This document shows positions 46,388 to 55,407 of a stretch of 61,936 nucleotides of DNA, in pieces; within the stretch, counting starts at the first letter, position 1, and each line of letters starts with the position of its first letter. The notes under the pieces were generated by a model, which was given only the letters and a program-made list of their open reading frames with translations, had not been told where the DNA came from and did no database searches. Source of the stretch: Ignavibacteriota bacterium (GTDB lineage: Bacteria; Bacteroidota; Ignavibacteria; UBA10030; UBA6906); the NCBI GenBank assembly GCA_003162635.1, contig PMNE01000030.1:23920-85855 (forward strand), read 5' to 3'. Position numbers and translations under genes: made by a program.

Positions 46388-47521
46388 TTATCGCATCGGA
46401 ACAGACCCGCCGAGCTCTGCGCGAAGATCGATCTGTCCGTTTATGTGTTTCGCTTTGTTGAGAATGTTCCCGGAAGCATCGGTGACGTCGCCGTGGCAAT
46501 CGACACAGTTGGCGAGTTCCGACAGGATATGGCCTTTGGGCACGTAAACACCCGGGGAGCCGCCATGGCAGCTCGAGCACTGTCCCTCGGCACTGCCTGC
46601 CACCCAGCTCGGGGACGCGTGAGCCCCCGTCATGACTGAATCAGTGTACACATATTGTTGCGCAAATGCCGATGCCGTCGCCTTCCGGAGTACCCAGTTT
46701 CCATGGCAGTACGTGCCGGCGCATGTCGGCGACGAATAAAGGGGGAGGGGAATGTTCGACCCGTTTCCCGTCACGAGACGCGCCAACGTATCCTTGAACA
46801 TGACGGCGGCAAGCCCGCCCGCATACTTGCGCTGAAAAGTCAGCAGATGACCAGGCTCGTAAATACTCGACGGAACATCATGGCATTCCTGGCACTTCAC
46901 TCCCTTCGCAGACCCGAGTGAATCGGCCCGCAGGTGGATCTGGTGCGCACCGACACCGAGAACCGTCGCCGCCGTATCGCGGAAAACGCTCTTGGGCGGC
47001 GCAGCGGAGAGCAGATATGCAATTCCCTGGAGATTTGCAGCGGCCCTGAAATCGCCATGACACGTGTTGCACGATTCGGGCGACTTCAGGTTCCCGTTGG
47101 CATCGGCGTGGCAGGAGGACGACTCACATCCCACGGTAAGAATCGCCCCGCCGGTGTAGTTCTGACCGTGGCAGGTCTGGCATTGTTGCAACGGGTAGTT
47201 CATGGCGCGCACATAATCCGTATGGCGTCCTCCCGCCTTGACGAACTGTACATCGTGTGGATAGGCGGGATGACACGTGAAGCACGACACCCCGCTGGAA
47301 CCTCCGCTAAAATCGGCAGCATGGCACGTCTTGCAGGCCGTGTCATCCCACCCCGCCTTCAGCAGAGAGCGTCCGTGAAAATTGTCAGAGGAACTTGTTC
47401 CCCATCCGGCTTCGTGCACTTTCACGCCCGACGCCACTGGTGCCGGCAGATCCGTTTTCAGCCTGGCGCAGGAAACTGCCAGCAGCGCACAAGTCAGGAG
47501 GAGGAGGATTCTCTGTGTCAT
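46388..47521 (-). CDS. Multihaem c-type cytochrome lipoprotein (7 CxxCH + 2 CxxxxCH)
   Basis: MTQRILLLLTCALLAVSC lipobox-like signal. CxxCH motifs CKTCH, CFTCH, CQTCH, CNTCH, CQECH, CSSCH, CVDCH, plus CESSSCH and CAGTYCH. Confidence 0.85.
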   Translation of the reverse strand: MTQRILLLLTCALLAVSCARLKTDLPAPVASGVKVHEAGWGTSSSDNFHGRSLLKAGWDDTACKTCHAADFSGGSSGVSCFTCHPAYPHDVQFVKAGGRHTDYVRAMNYPLQQCQTCHGQNYTGGAILTVGCESSSCHADANGNLKSPESCNTCHGDFRAAANLQGIAYLLSAAPPKSVFRDTAATVLGVGAHQIHLRADSLGSAKGVKCQECHDVPSSIYEPGHLLTFQRKYAGGLAAVMFKDTLARLVTGNGSNIPLPLYSSPTCAGTYCHGNWVLRKATASAFAQQYVYTDSVMTGAHASPSWVAGSAEGQCSSCHGGSPGVYVPKGHILSELANCVDCHGDVTDASGNILNKAKHINGQIDLRAELGGSVPMR

Positions 47522-47528
47522 GGTCGTC

Positions 47529-48749
47529 TCACCCTCTCTTTGGTCCATGGCAATATCCGCAGAAACCCTTCCCGGCGACCCCCCCCGGATGGGCATTCAT
47601 GTCGGTGTGGCAATTGTAGCAGGTCGCGCCGGGGTCGGTATGCCACGAGCCATGATCCTGCGAGCCGGCAAAGCCCGCGGGATGAGTCTTTGGATCCGTA
47701 CCGCGAATGCCGTCTGCATCGACATGGCACGTGATGCACACCGGGTCTCCCCCGCGTGCATCATGACAGGTCATGCAGCTTTCAATATCGCGCCGAGCCA
47801 ACTCCGCATGGCGTCCGCCCCCGGAGCCGACTCCAAGAGTCGTGAACCCCGATCCGATATGCGAAGCGGGGACCTGGCCCGGGGTCAGGCGATCGCCCTC
47901 GGCATGGCAACGCGCGCAGAAATCCTGCGCCGAATGGCACGTGAAGCAGTCAGATGACTTTGCCCGCGCGTCGATTCCGTGCGTGTAGCGGTAGTTCATG
48001 GAGTGCACGGTTTGCAGGGTCATCTTTTTCGGTCCCTCTTTTCCCGCATTGTTTCGCGGCGATGGCTCGGTCATCAGAGCGCTATTCCCCAACTGGAGGA
48101 GTTCTCCGCCGGCATGACACCCTGCACAGAAATCCTGGGAGTGGCACGTGACGCAGCGTACCTCCAGCGATCCGAGGCGCGTGAATCTCTTGTGGTCCTT
48201 CTTGAAATCCGCCACCAGGTGATCGTCGGGGATCAGATTGACGAAATTTGTATGGCATGCTTCACAGGTCTTCGTCGCCCGGACGTCATTATGACACGTC
48301 GTGCAGGTCGCCATGACGGGCATATTCGCCGGCCCGGCGTAGTCCGCCTTTTCCAGCCCCTGATGGCACGTCGTGCATGCGACGTCCGTCATCTCTATAT
48401 GCTGCTTGTGGGAGAACGTGATATCGCGCTCCGGTGCAGCCGCGGCGTGCATGTTCGTGGTGTCCTTATGACAGTACGCGCATGCGTTGTTGATCTGTTC
48501 TTCATGACATCCGACGCAGCTTTCATGGTTGCTCCGGAGATTGTCCGAAGCTTTCGTACTGGTCGAAGCCCCCTTGTGGCAGTCAATGCATGCAGCGCCC
48601 AGTTCCGTGACGTGGTGTGCATGCGAGAATTTCAGCGAACTCTTGTCGTCGTTGTCCGGCCAGCCCGCCGGGGCGCTCACTTTGCGAGCCACTGCTGTCA
48701 CCAGTGTGGCAATAAGGGCCACCGCGATAAAACCGTATCGGTATTTCAT
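47529..48749 (-). CDS. 14-haem c-type cytochrome (c7/c3-like repeats), periplasmic
   Basis: 14 CxxCH motifs in 406 aa. N-terminal hydrophobic signal/anchor MKYRYGFIAVALIATLVTAVA. FSHxxH...CxxCH units. GAGGAGG RBS. The ATG overlaps the upstream stop (TGATG). Confidence 0.9.
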   Translation of the reverse strand: MKYRYGFIAVALIATLVTAVARKVSAPAGWPDNDDKSSLKFSHAHHVTELGAACIDCHKGASTSTKASDNLRSNHESCVGCHEEQINNACAYCHKDTTNMHAAAAPERDITFSHKQHIEMTDVACTTCHQGLEKADYAGPANMPVMATCTTCHNDVRATKTCEACHTNFVNLIPDDHLVADFKKDHKRFTRLGSLEVRCVTCHSQDFCAGCHAGGELLQLGNSALMTEPSPRNNAGKEGPKKMTLQTVHSMNYRYTHGIDARAKSSDCFTCHSAQDFCARCHAEGDRLTPGQVPASHIGSGFTTLGVGSGGGRHAELARRDIESCMTCHDARGGDPVCITCHVDADGIRGTDPKTHPAGFAGSQDHGSWHTDPGATCYNCHTDMNAHPGGVAGKGFCGYCHGPKRG

Positions 48750-50056
48750 CAGTGGGCCTCCTCGGAAAAAAGTGACAGGCGTTCGGCAAACCAATAGAGA
48801 AGTCGGACCTGTAGGCGCATGTCGTGATCATAGAGCCTGTTTTTCATCCATTGCCCCTGGACGTCGAAGGAGAAGCTTCGGAGCGGGCGGACGGTGGCAC
48901 CCAGAAGAACGGCAAGCGCATTATCCCTGGGCGAATCAGCGCTCAGGCGATAGGAGACCAGAGAGACGCCAAGAGACGGCAGCAGCGTTCGATCGAAGAA
49001 CGGATACGTCCCCTCCGCATTGAACGACGTCAGCTCGCCGGCAAACCCGCTGCTTCCGGTGTATGTCACACTCCCGTAACCGCCGTTGACGCCCAGTGTC
49101 CATCGCATACTGTTGTCATCGGTGTAGCTCACGGATCCGAGCTTCCCGAACACGCGCACCATCGGTGTGACAATGTATTCGACCCCGCCCTCAATTTCGG
49201 TGGTGGAGCTCGCTGCAAACGCCGAGAAGATGGAATTGAAGGCGATCTGGGGTTTCCGGTAGAAGACGTCCCCCGTGACATCCAACGATGGCATCACGTG
49301 GACGCGAACGCCCCCCTCGCCCCTGGATGTTTCGGAGAAGTTGAAATCGTAATCGTACCTGCCATAGGCCGTCAGGAGGTCGCCGCACAGGTAGGAGGCA
49401 TCAACGCTTCCGAGCTGGCGGGCCAAAGACGTCCCGGAGATATAGTATGGCACAGGAATGCCAAGGGAGTCTCGTGCGCGTGTCGTCCAGTAAGGATCGT
49501 ACTCCTCGTGCCGGTTCATATAGCTCAGGCCGATACGGGCTTCGGGCACAAGCGTGGTAACGACCTGCCCGCCCACATTGATGTTATCGTGCCAATCGCT
49601 CCGCACCCCCGTGTACTCCTCCTTCACCGTCGACCCACCGTATCCGGTGACGGTGATTTTATCATCCAGAAGGCGTGCCCGGGCCGTGAGGCCGTCGATA
49701 TTCCCGTTCCCGACCCCTGCGAACACCGCTTGGCGGCCGAGACTCAGGTCGAGGGTCCTGCTGAAGCCGGTCCACGTCGCATAGAGGTTGTAGAATCGGA
49801 CGCGGCCCACGTCCCCGAACGAATTTGCTCCGTTCATCACACCCTGCGCGAAGGTGTGGAATACAAAATCGCCCTGAGCGACCGACAACTGCACGGTCTG
49901 ATATGCGCGCAGGTACGCCTTTGAGACGCCGACGGTATCGTACTGCTCCCAGGAATAGAACGACGTCGTGAAACGTCCATTAACGAGCTGGGCCGGGAGC
50001 GATGCGACGGCCGTCACCAGCAAAAGCGCCAGAAGAAACAAGCGTTTCTCGTTCAT
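48749..50056 (-). CDS. Porin-like outer-membrane beta-barrel candidate
   Basis: Signal peptide MNEKRLFLLALLLVTAVASLPAQ. No Cys or haem motifs. Many short segments with alternating hydrophobic residues rich in Y/G/S/T (VRFYNLYATWTG, IGLSYMNRH, YGRYDYDFNFS, RLQVRLLYWF). Confidence 0.6.
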   Translation of the reverse strand: MNEKRLFLLALLLVTAVASLPAQLVNGRFTTSFYSWEQYDTVGVSKAYLRAYQTVQLSVAQGDFVFHTFAQGVMNGANSFGDVGRVRFYNLYATWTGFSRTLDLSLGRQAVFAGVGNGNIDGLTARARLLDDKITVTGYGGSTVKEEYTGVRSDWHDNINVGGQVVTTLVPEARIGLSYMNRHEEYDPYWTTRARDSLGIPVPYYISGTSLARQLGSVDASYLCGDLLTAYGRYDYDFNFSETSRGEGGVRVHVMPSLDVTGDVFYRKPQIAFNSIFSAFAASSTTEIEGGVEYIVTPMVRVFGKLGSVSYTDDNSMRWTLGVNGGYGSVTYTGSSGFAGELTSFNAEGTYPFFDRTLLPSLGVSLVSYRLSADSPRDNALAVLLGATVRPLRSFSFDVQGQWMKNRLYDHDMRLQVRLLYWFAERLSLFSEEAH

Positions 50057-50089
50057 GGTGTACTGCCTTTCAGTACGGCTTCGAGGAAA

Positions 50090-50132
50090 GGAAGGAAAAA
50101 ACAGGGAGCCGGGGGAACACCGACGACCCGGC
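50090..50132 (-). terminator. Weak internal hairpin/attenuator between the tetrahaem and porin-like genes
   Basis: GCCGGG (50108-50113) / CCCGGC (50127-50132). The minus-strand transcript continues UCCCUGUUUUUUCCUUCC. Confidence 0.3.
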
Positions 50133-50156
50133 CCCGAGGAGAATGAGGCGACAGCG

Positions 50157-50705
50157 CTACTTCTTTGGTCCGCCATGTTCAATCTTCGCCCAGGCCTCTG
50201 CAAATTTGAATCCCTTGAACGAGGGGCTTCCGGAATTGTGGCACGTCTCGCACACTTTCTTGACATCGTCGCCGACGACAAGACCGGCAGCTTTTGCCTT
50301 TGCCTTGCTTTCGTCATCCTTCTTGTTGTGAAGACCGATAAAACCGGACGCAGCGCCATGGCATGCTTCGCAGGTGACGCCTTCTTCCATCTTGTAGGAG
50401 ACATCGACATTCTTTGCTGTCCCGCCGCCGGACACATGGCACTTCAGGCATTCGGGGCTCTCAGAGGCGGGCTTCGTCAGACCCCTCTTCTTCGCAATCT
50501 CTTCTGCTGCCTTCGACTTCAATGTTTCAAAAGCCATTGCATGGGGGCTCTTTTCCCACACGGCATAGGCAAGCCCGCCCATCTTCTCGATTTTGTGGCA
50601 GGCCATGCATCTCTTGACCCCGACAAACTTGTTCTCCGCAGTTGTCACGCCGCTCACACAGGCCACTGCCAGAGCGAGAGCAACGATTCCATGGATGGTT
50701 TTCAT
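50157..50705 (-). CDS. Periplasmic tetrahaem c-type cytochrome
   Basis: CMACH, CLKCH, CEACH, CETCH. Signal MKTIHGIVALALAVAC. GAAGGAGGA RBS. Confidence 0.85.
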   Translation of the reverse strand: MKTIHGIVALALAVACVSGVTTAENKFVGVKRCMACHKIEKMGGLAYAVWEKSPHAMAFETLKSKAAEEIAKKRGLTKPASESPECLKCHVSGGGTAKNVDVSYKMEEGVTCEACHGAASGFIGLHNKKDDESKAKAKAAGLVVGDDVKKVCETCHNSGSPSFKGFKFAEAWAKIEHGGPKK

Positions 50706-50773
50706 GCTGATGATCCTCCTTCGATTGTTTCTGGTGCTTGCGATGCAATGCGTGGTCAGACTTGCTCCGCGGG

Positions 50774-52225
50774 TCAACGTTTCTCGATCCGGCGGATGTA
50801 GAGATACAACGATGCCGCCAATATACTGATTATCAGGGTCGAAATGCCAAGGCCTATCCTTCGAAAGATGTATTCATCCAGCGCTCCCTGAGCTTCGATC
50901 GCAACGGAAGCCGACACCACAAGACCCTTGTCGACCGCAGTCGCAAACCGGGGAGCGTTGAATGCGTGAACGGTGGTCCGGGCTTCGAGTCGTGCCTGAT
51001 GGATATCCCGCAGCCGGTACTTGGCCTCCGAGATCTCCATCCCTTCCTGTTCTGCCTGCGCCACAAGTGCCTGTGCGCGCTGCTCCGACAACTCCAGGCT
51101 GTCAATCTGCAGGCGCATAACCTGCGCGGCAGAGTATCCCTGCGGATTGTCCGTCGGGGTATGGCAGCGGCTGCACACTGCATCGGACGACACGCCAAGC
51201 AGCGTGCTGGTTGCCGGCTCAATGTCATGATTGCCGTGGCACGTTTCGCACTCGGGGAGATGCCTTTCGTCGAACGCCTGCTTGTGCGGGCTTGCCGCAA
51301 AGAGATCGGCATTCAATGAATGGCAAATACCGCAGACCTTCGACACAGACTCGATGTCGGGCGGCGCCGCGCCGTGATTGCCATGGCAGCTATTGCATGC
51401 CGGGGCACCGAGATCGTTCTTCTTGAGAAGTGCAATGCCGTGCACGCTTCGCGTGAATTTTTCGTATTGATCCGTTGGAATGCCATACGGCTTCATGTAC
51501 GCCGCGTTGCTGTGACAGTTCGCGCATGTGGACGGCAGGTTCACCGGGAATACCTTTGAACGAACGTCTTTGACGGGAAGGATGCCGTGCGTTCCGTGGC
51601 AGCTCACGCACTCTGCCACTTTCGCATCGCCACGCGCGTTCTTCATGCCGTGCACGCTCGTCCGGTATTTCTCCCTCTGGTCGACAGGGAGGGCGGGATT
51701 ATATGCCCGCATATACGTCGCGTTGCTGTGACACGAGGAACAGGTCGCAACGATCTTCAGCGGGGAGACGGGTGAAGCAGGATCACGGACGGGCACGATG
51801 CCGTGCGCGCCATGACAGGTCGTGCACTGCACGATACGTTCCTTCCCGGAGATTGATTTCTGTCCGTGCACGCTCTCCTTGAGAAGCGCGAACTGGTTGG
51901 CAGGGAGCACGACATGATAGCCGGCCATCCGAACGGAATCCGCGTGGCACGCAGCGCATCGCGCGGAAATGACGTCGCCCTTCGGAACCCCGATGAAGTT
52001 CCCCTCTTTGTTCATTGCTTTCTCGGGGTCGTCCGTTGTCGCGTCTCCTCCGTGGCATCCGGCGCAGGTGACACCCGCACGGTGGTGAATGTCATGCGCG
52101 AATTGCGTCGAGGGTTTGTCGGCGATTGCCGTATGGCATTCGAAACACTTGTCCGCGCCCATTCCCACCCGCGTCCCCGCAAGGATGAGTGCCGCGACCG
52201 CGAGTCTCCGTATGCGCAGGATCAT
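50774..52225 (-). CDS. 11-haem c-type cytochrome with C-terminal coiled-coil and TM anchor (cytochrome c subunit of the Rieske/cyt b complex)
   Basis: 11 CxxCH motifs. Repeated module SVHG-X10-12-CxxCHGxHG. C-terminal [25 protein letters not shown] overlap with the cytochrome b gene. Confidence 0.88.
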   Translation of the reverse strand: MILRIRRLAVAALILAGTRVGMGADKCFECHTAIADKPSTQFAHDIHHRAGVTCAGCHGGDATTDDPEKAMNKEGNFIGVPKGDVISARCAACHADSVRMAGYHVVLPANQFALLKESVHGQKSISGKERIVQCTTCHGAHGIVPVRDPASPVSPLKIVATCSSCHSNATYMRAYNPALPVDQREKYRTSVHGMKNARGDAKVAECVSCHGTHGILPVKDVRSKVFPVNLPSTCANCHSNAAYMKPYGIPTDQYEKFTRSVHGIALLKKNDLGAPACNSCHGNHGAAPPDIESVSKVCGICHSLNADLFAASPHKQAFDERHLPECETCHGNHDIEPATSTLLGVSSDAVCSRCHTPTDNPQGYSAAQVMRLQIDSLELSEQRAQALVAQAEQEGMEISEAKYRLRDIHQARLEARTTVHAFNAPRFATAVDKGLVVSASVAIEAQGALDEYIFRRIGLGISTLIISILAASLYLYIRRIEKR

Positions 52226-53301
52226 AGAACCCAGCCCAGGATGGTGAAGGCGATGATATACATGACAGCACAGAGTCCCGCGTAGGAGAGTGCGCGGTTG
52301 CGTTCACCCCGTGCGCTCCTGCGATCCCAGAACGGGATCAGCAGCCACAGGAGTCCGGCGAGGGAGAACACAAAGACGCCGAGAACTTCACCGTCGATAA
52401 ACCCTATACGCGCCGGAATGAACTTCAGGGTCTGGAACATGAACAGAAAGTACCACTCCGGTCTGATGCCCGACGGCGCCGAGGCAAACAGATCGGCTTT
52501 CTTTCCCAACTCCCACGGGAAGAAGACGGCCAGGATCGCCAGCAGGTTCAGGACAATGAGCCAGAGGAGAAGATCGCGGAGGAGGAAGTTCGGAAAGAAG
52601 GGCATCGTCTTTCGGCCATTCGCAGGGAGAGCGGCCACGTGCAAGGGTTCGCTCATCCCTTGCCGCTGGACCAGCAGCAGATGAATTCCGAGCGCCACCG
52701 TAAAGATGCCTGGGAGCACCGCAACGTGAAAACCGAAGAACCGGGAAAGCGTCGCTCCGGTCACGTCCTCCCCCCCGCGGAGGAAAATCATCAGCGGCTT
52801 GCCGACAACGGGAATCACGCCCGCGATGTCCGTCCCCACTTTCGTTGCAAAGAATGCAAGTTCGTTCCACGGCAACAGGTATCCGCTAAACCCGAACCCG
52901 AGCGCAAGGAAGAACATGACCATCCCGGTCATCCACGTCAGCTCCCGCGGAGCGCGATATGACCGCTCGAAAAACACGCTGAACATGTGGACGAGCACTG
53001 CCAGGATGAACAGATTCGCTGACCAACTGTGAATCGACCGGATCAGCCAGCCGAACGACACTTTCGAAGAGATGAACTGGATGCTTTCGAAGGCCAGTTG
53101 CTCGCTCCCCTTGTAGTATAAGAGAAGGAGAATTCCCGTGACCACCTGAATCAGGAACAGGAAAAGCGATACACCTCCGAAATAGTACCAGATCGAATGC
53201 CGGTGCACCGGGACGTATTTCTTCCCCATGAACTCAACGAGGTTGGCGAGCTGGAGGCGCTCGTCAAGCCACGCGTAGAGTCTTTGCCAGGCACGTTGCA
53301 C
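52222..53301 (-). CDS. Cytochrome b (fused b6 + subunit IV type) of a Rieske/cyt b complex
   Basis: Motifs [35 protein letters not shown] and [13 protein letters not shown] start after GAGGA. Confidence 0.9.
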   Translation of the reverse strand: MQRAWQRLYAWLDERLQLANLVEFMGKKYVPVHRHSIWYYFGGVSLFLFLIQVVTGILLLLYYKGSEQLAFESIQFISSKVSFGWLIRSIHSWSANLFILAVLVHMFSVFFERSYRAPRELTWMTGMVMFFLALGFGFSGYLLPWNELAFFATKVGTDIAGVIPVVGKPLMIFLRGGEDVTGATLSRFFGFHVAVLPGIFTVALGIHLLLVQRQGMSEPLHVAALPANGRKTMPFFPNFLLRDLLLWLIVLNLLAILAVFFPWELGKKADLFASAPSGIRPEWYFLFMFQTLKFIPARIGFIDGEVLGVFVFSLAGLLWLLIPFWDRRSARGERNRALSYAGLCAVMYIIAFTILGWVL

Positions 53302-53309
53302 GGAGATCC

Positions 53310-53765
53310 TCAGACGTTTTTAGAAACAAACACATCACCCCCCTGAATCGATACCCGGTACGGATCGAGCGGACGCGGAGGCGGTCCAGCGATGTTGCGC
53401 CCGTTCAGATCATATCTACCGTTATGGCAGGCACACCAGATCGAACCAAAGTCCTTTCTGTATTGCACAGTGCAGTCCAGGTGTGTGCACGTCGCGGAAA
53501 ATGCACGAACCTCGCCCGCCGCTGTTCGCACGACGATAACAGGTTTGTTCCCGAAGCGCACAATCACGCCGCTCTCCTTCGGGAGAGAACTCAGCGTTCC
53601 CACCTTGACGCTCGTGACTTCCACCTCCGCCTGTTTGGGAGGACGAAGGTATGAGAATAACGGATACGCGATAGCTGCGAGCCACGCGACGAATCCCCCC
53701 GCGAGGATGTACCCCAGGAAGGATCGACGACTCGTCTGCTGCTTGAGTTGGGGAGGATACTCCAC
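53310..53765 (-). CDS. Rieske [2Fe-2S] protein with Tat-type signal
   Basis: [11 protein letters not shown] twin-arginine motif. Cluster boxes CTHLDCTV and [12 protein letters not shown] start after AAGGA. Confidence 0.9.
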   Translation of the reverse strand: MEYPPQLKQQTSRRSFLGYILAGGFVAWLAAIAYPLFSYLRPPKQAEVEVTSVKVGTLSSLPKESGVIVRFGNKPVIVVRTAAGEVRAFSATCTHLDCTVQYRKDFGSIWCACHNGRYDLNGRNIAGPPPRPLDPYRVSIQGGDVFVSKNV

Positions 53766-53913
53766 GAATTCGTCCTTACAGGAAATTATCAGAAATCAAC
53801 GTGGTCGACCCAAAAGACGAACTCCTTTCGGAATCCGCGATGCGCAGGGACCCGACTGCCGGAGTGTCGTGCAGGAGGCGCACCCTGCCTGGCGACCGCT
53901 CCCGCGGATGCCA

Positions 53914-55407
53914 TTACTGAGCACTGTGGCAATCACTGCAGTTTGTTTCCTTCCACGCATCACCGATGTCCACGGGATGCTTGTACTCCACGCCGTCAAG
54001 CGACAGGCGAAGCTTGTCGTTGGACAACTCCTCCGCAAGAATCGTATGACAGGTATTACAGTCCCGGGACAACACTTTCCCTTCTTCCGAAAGGTGTTTC
54101 CCGTCGTGACACCGGAAGCAGCCCGGATAGTACATATGCCCGATATTGTCCGGAAATCTCCTCCAGCTCACCTGCATCTCGGGGAAGTAATTACGGGCGT
54201 AGATCTTCCTGACCTCGCCGATCGCCTGCTCGATCGCCGCGTGCTGCGTTGCGGCCACCTGGGGATACTGTGTACGATACGATTCTTCGATGAACGCGCC
54301 GATACTGTCCAGCGCCCCCTGTTGCGTCGCGTACGGCATTTCCAACGCTTTCACGGCGAGGCTCTTGATCGACGGGAGAGCGGGGTCCACCCATCCAAGT
54401 GCCATAACGTGATCAACTGATCGCGCAGGCGGATGGTAAATGTGGGTCGGACGGTTATGACAGTCGATGCAGTCCATTTTCCTTTTCGGCAGCTTCGCGA
54501 CTTCCTCGTCGCTGACCGGGTTATCGCTGGAACGGTAGACGGACACGCTCCCATCGGGTCGACGCACCTGCACCCACGGAATCACCTGACGAGTCGAGTC
54601 GGCAGGCGCATACGTCACCTGATTCGCGATGTTCATGTGCCAGTGGATTCCCGATGTCGGCCCCGCTTCACTATTGCCCCCTCCGATTTTCACCAGGAGG
54701 TTCAGACTCCATCGTGTATTGTGCTCGTCCTGCAGAAAGTATGTGTTGACGAGAAGCTTTTCACTATAGAAATGCATCGGCCAGTGGCATTGCTCGCAGG
54801 TTTCCTGCGCAGGGCGGAGATTTTCGATCGGGGTCGGGATTGGCCGTGGATATTTGTTGAAGAGCGTTGCATAGACCTGATATGTTCCCGAAAGCTTGGA
54901 ACGCACGAACCAGTCAGCACCCGGCCCGATGTGACACTTGACGCACCCAACGCGTGCGTGCGCCGAATATTGGTACGCAGTGTACTCCGGAGCCATAACC
55001 TTATGACATGTTTCCCCGCAGAACTGATCCGAATCGGTATGTTCGTATGCCTGATAGCTTCCGAAGGCCGAGAAGAGCAGGAGCAGAATCAATCCTCCGG
55101 CCACATAGAGGAAGGCCCTCCGGTGCCGCGGATCGTTCATGTCGACCCTGGGCAGGTGCATTTCCGACGGCCTCCCTGCGCGGAGTCTCCGGTGTTCGCG
55201 AATGACGCCGACCAGCGCCAGCAGAAGGCCGAGGACAAGAATCGCCGGCAGCAAGACAAAAGCGATCACCCCCATGTACGGTTTCGGCGCCGCGGAGAGC
55301 GATTCCAGAAGCATCAGAAAGAGCACGAGCCCGAAACTCACCGCAGCGACGGCGCCGCCGGCAAGGGTCAGCGAATTGTAAAATGACGAGGGTAATGCTC
55401 GTTTCAC
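53914..55407 (-). CDS. ImcH-like inner-membrane multihaem cytochrome (3 TM + 7 haem motifs, NapC/NirT-related)
   Basis: Three N-terminal TM segments. CGETCH (CX3CH) plus CVKCH, CEQCH, CIDCH, CFRCH, CNTCH, CSDCH. GTGA overlap with the upstream gene. Confidence 0.8.
   Translation of the reverse strand: MKRALPSSFYNSLTLAGGAVAAVSFGLVLFLMLLESLSAAPKPYMGVIAFVLLPAILVLGLLLALVGVIREHRRLRAGRPSEMHLPRVDMNDPRHRRAFLYVAGGLILLLLFSAFGSYQAYEHTDSDQFCGETCHKVMAPEYTAYQYSAHARVGCVKCHIGPGADWFVRSKLSGTYQVYATLFNKYPRPIPTPIENLRPAQETCEQCHWPMHFYSEKLLVNTYFLQDEHNTRWSLNLLVKIGGGNSEAGPTSGIHWHMNIANQVTYAPADSTRQVIPWVQVRRPDGSVSVYRSSDNPVSDEEVAKLPKRKMDCIDCHNRPTHIYHPPARSVDHVMALGWVDPALPSIKSLAVKALEMPYATQQGALDSIGAFIEESYRTQYPQVAATQHAAIEQAIGEVRKIYARNYFPEMQVSWRRFPDNIGHMYYPGCFRCHDGKHLSEEGKVLSRDCNTCHTILAEELSNDKLRLSLDGVEYKHPVDIGDAWKETNCSDCHSAQ

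Noticed and set aside
53786-53913. 41-codon ORF (MASAGAVARQGAPP...) and the 80-aa ORF 53796-54038 between the ImcH-like and Rieske genes
   Set aside because: They have no RBS and low-complexity products, and one overlaps the ImcH-like 3' end out of frame. The segment is probably just spacer.
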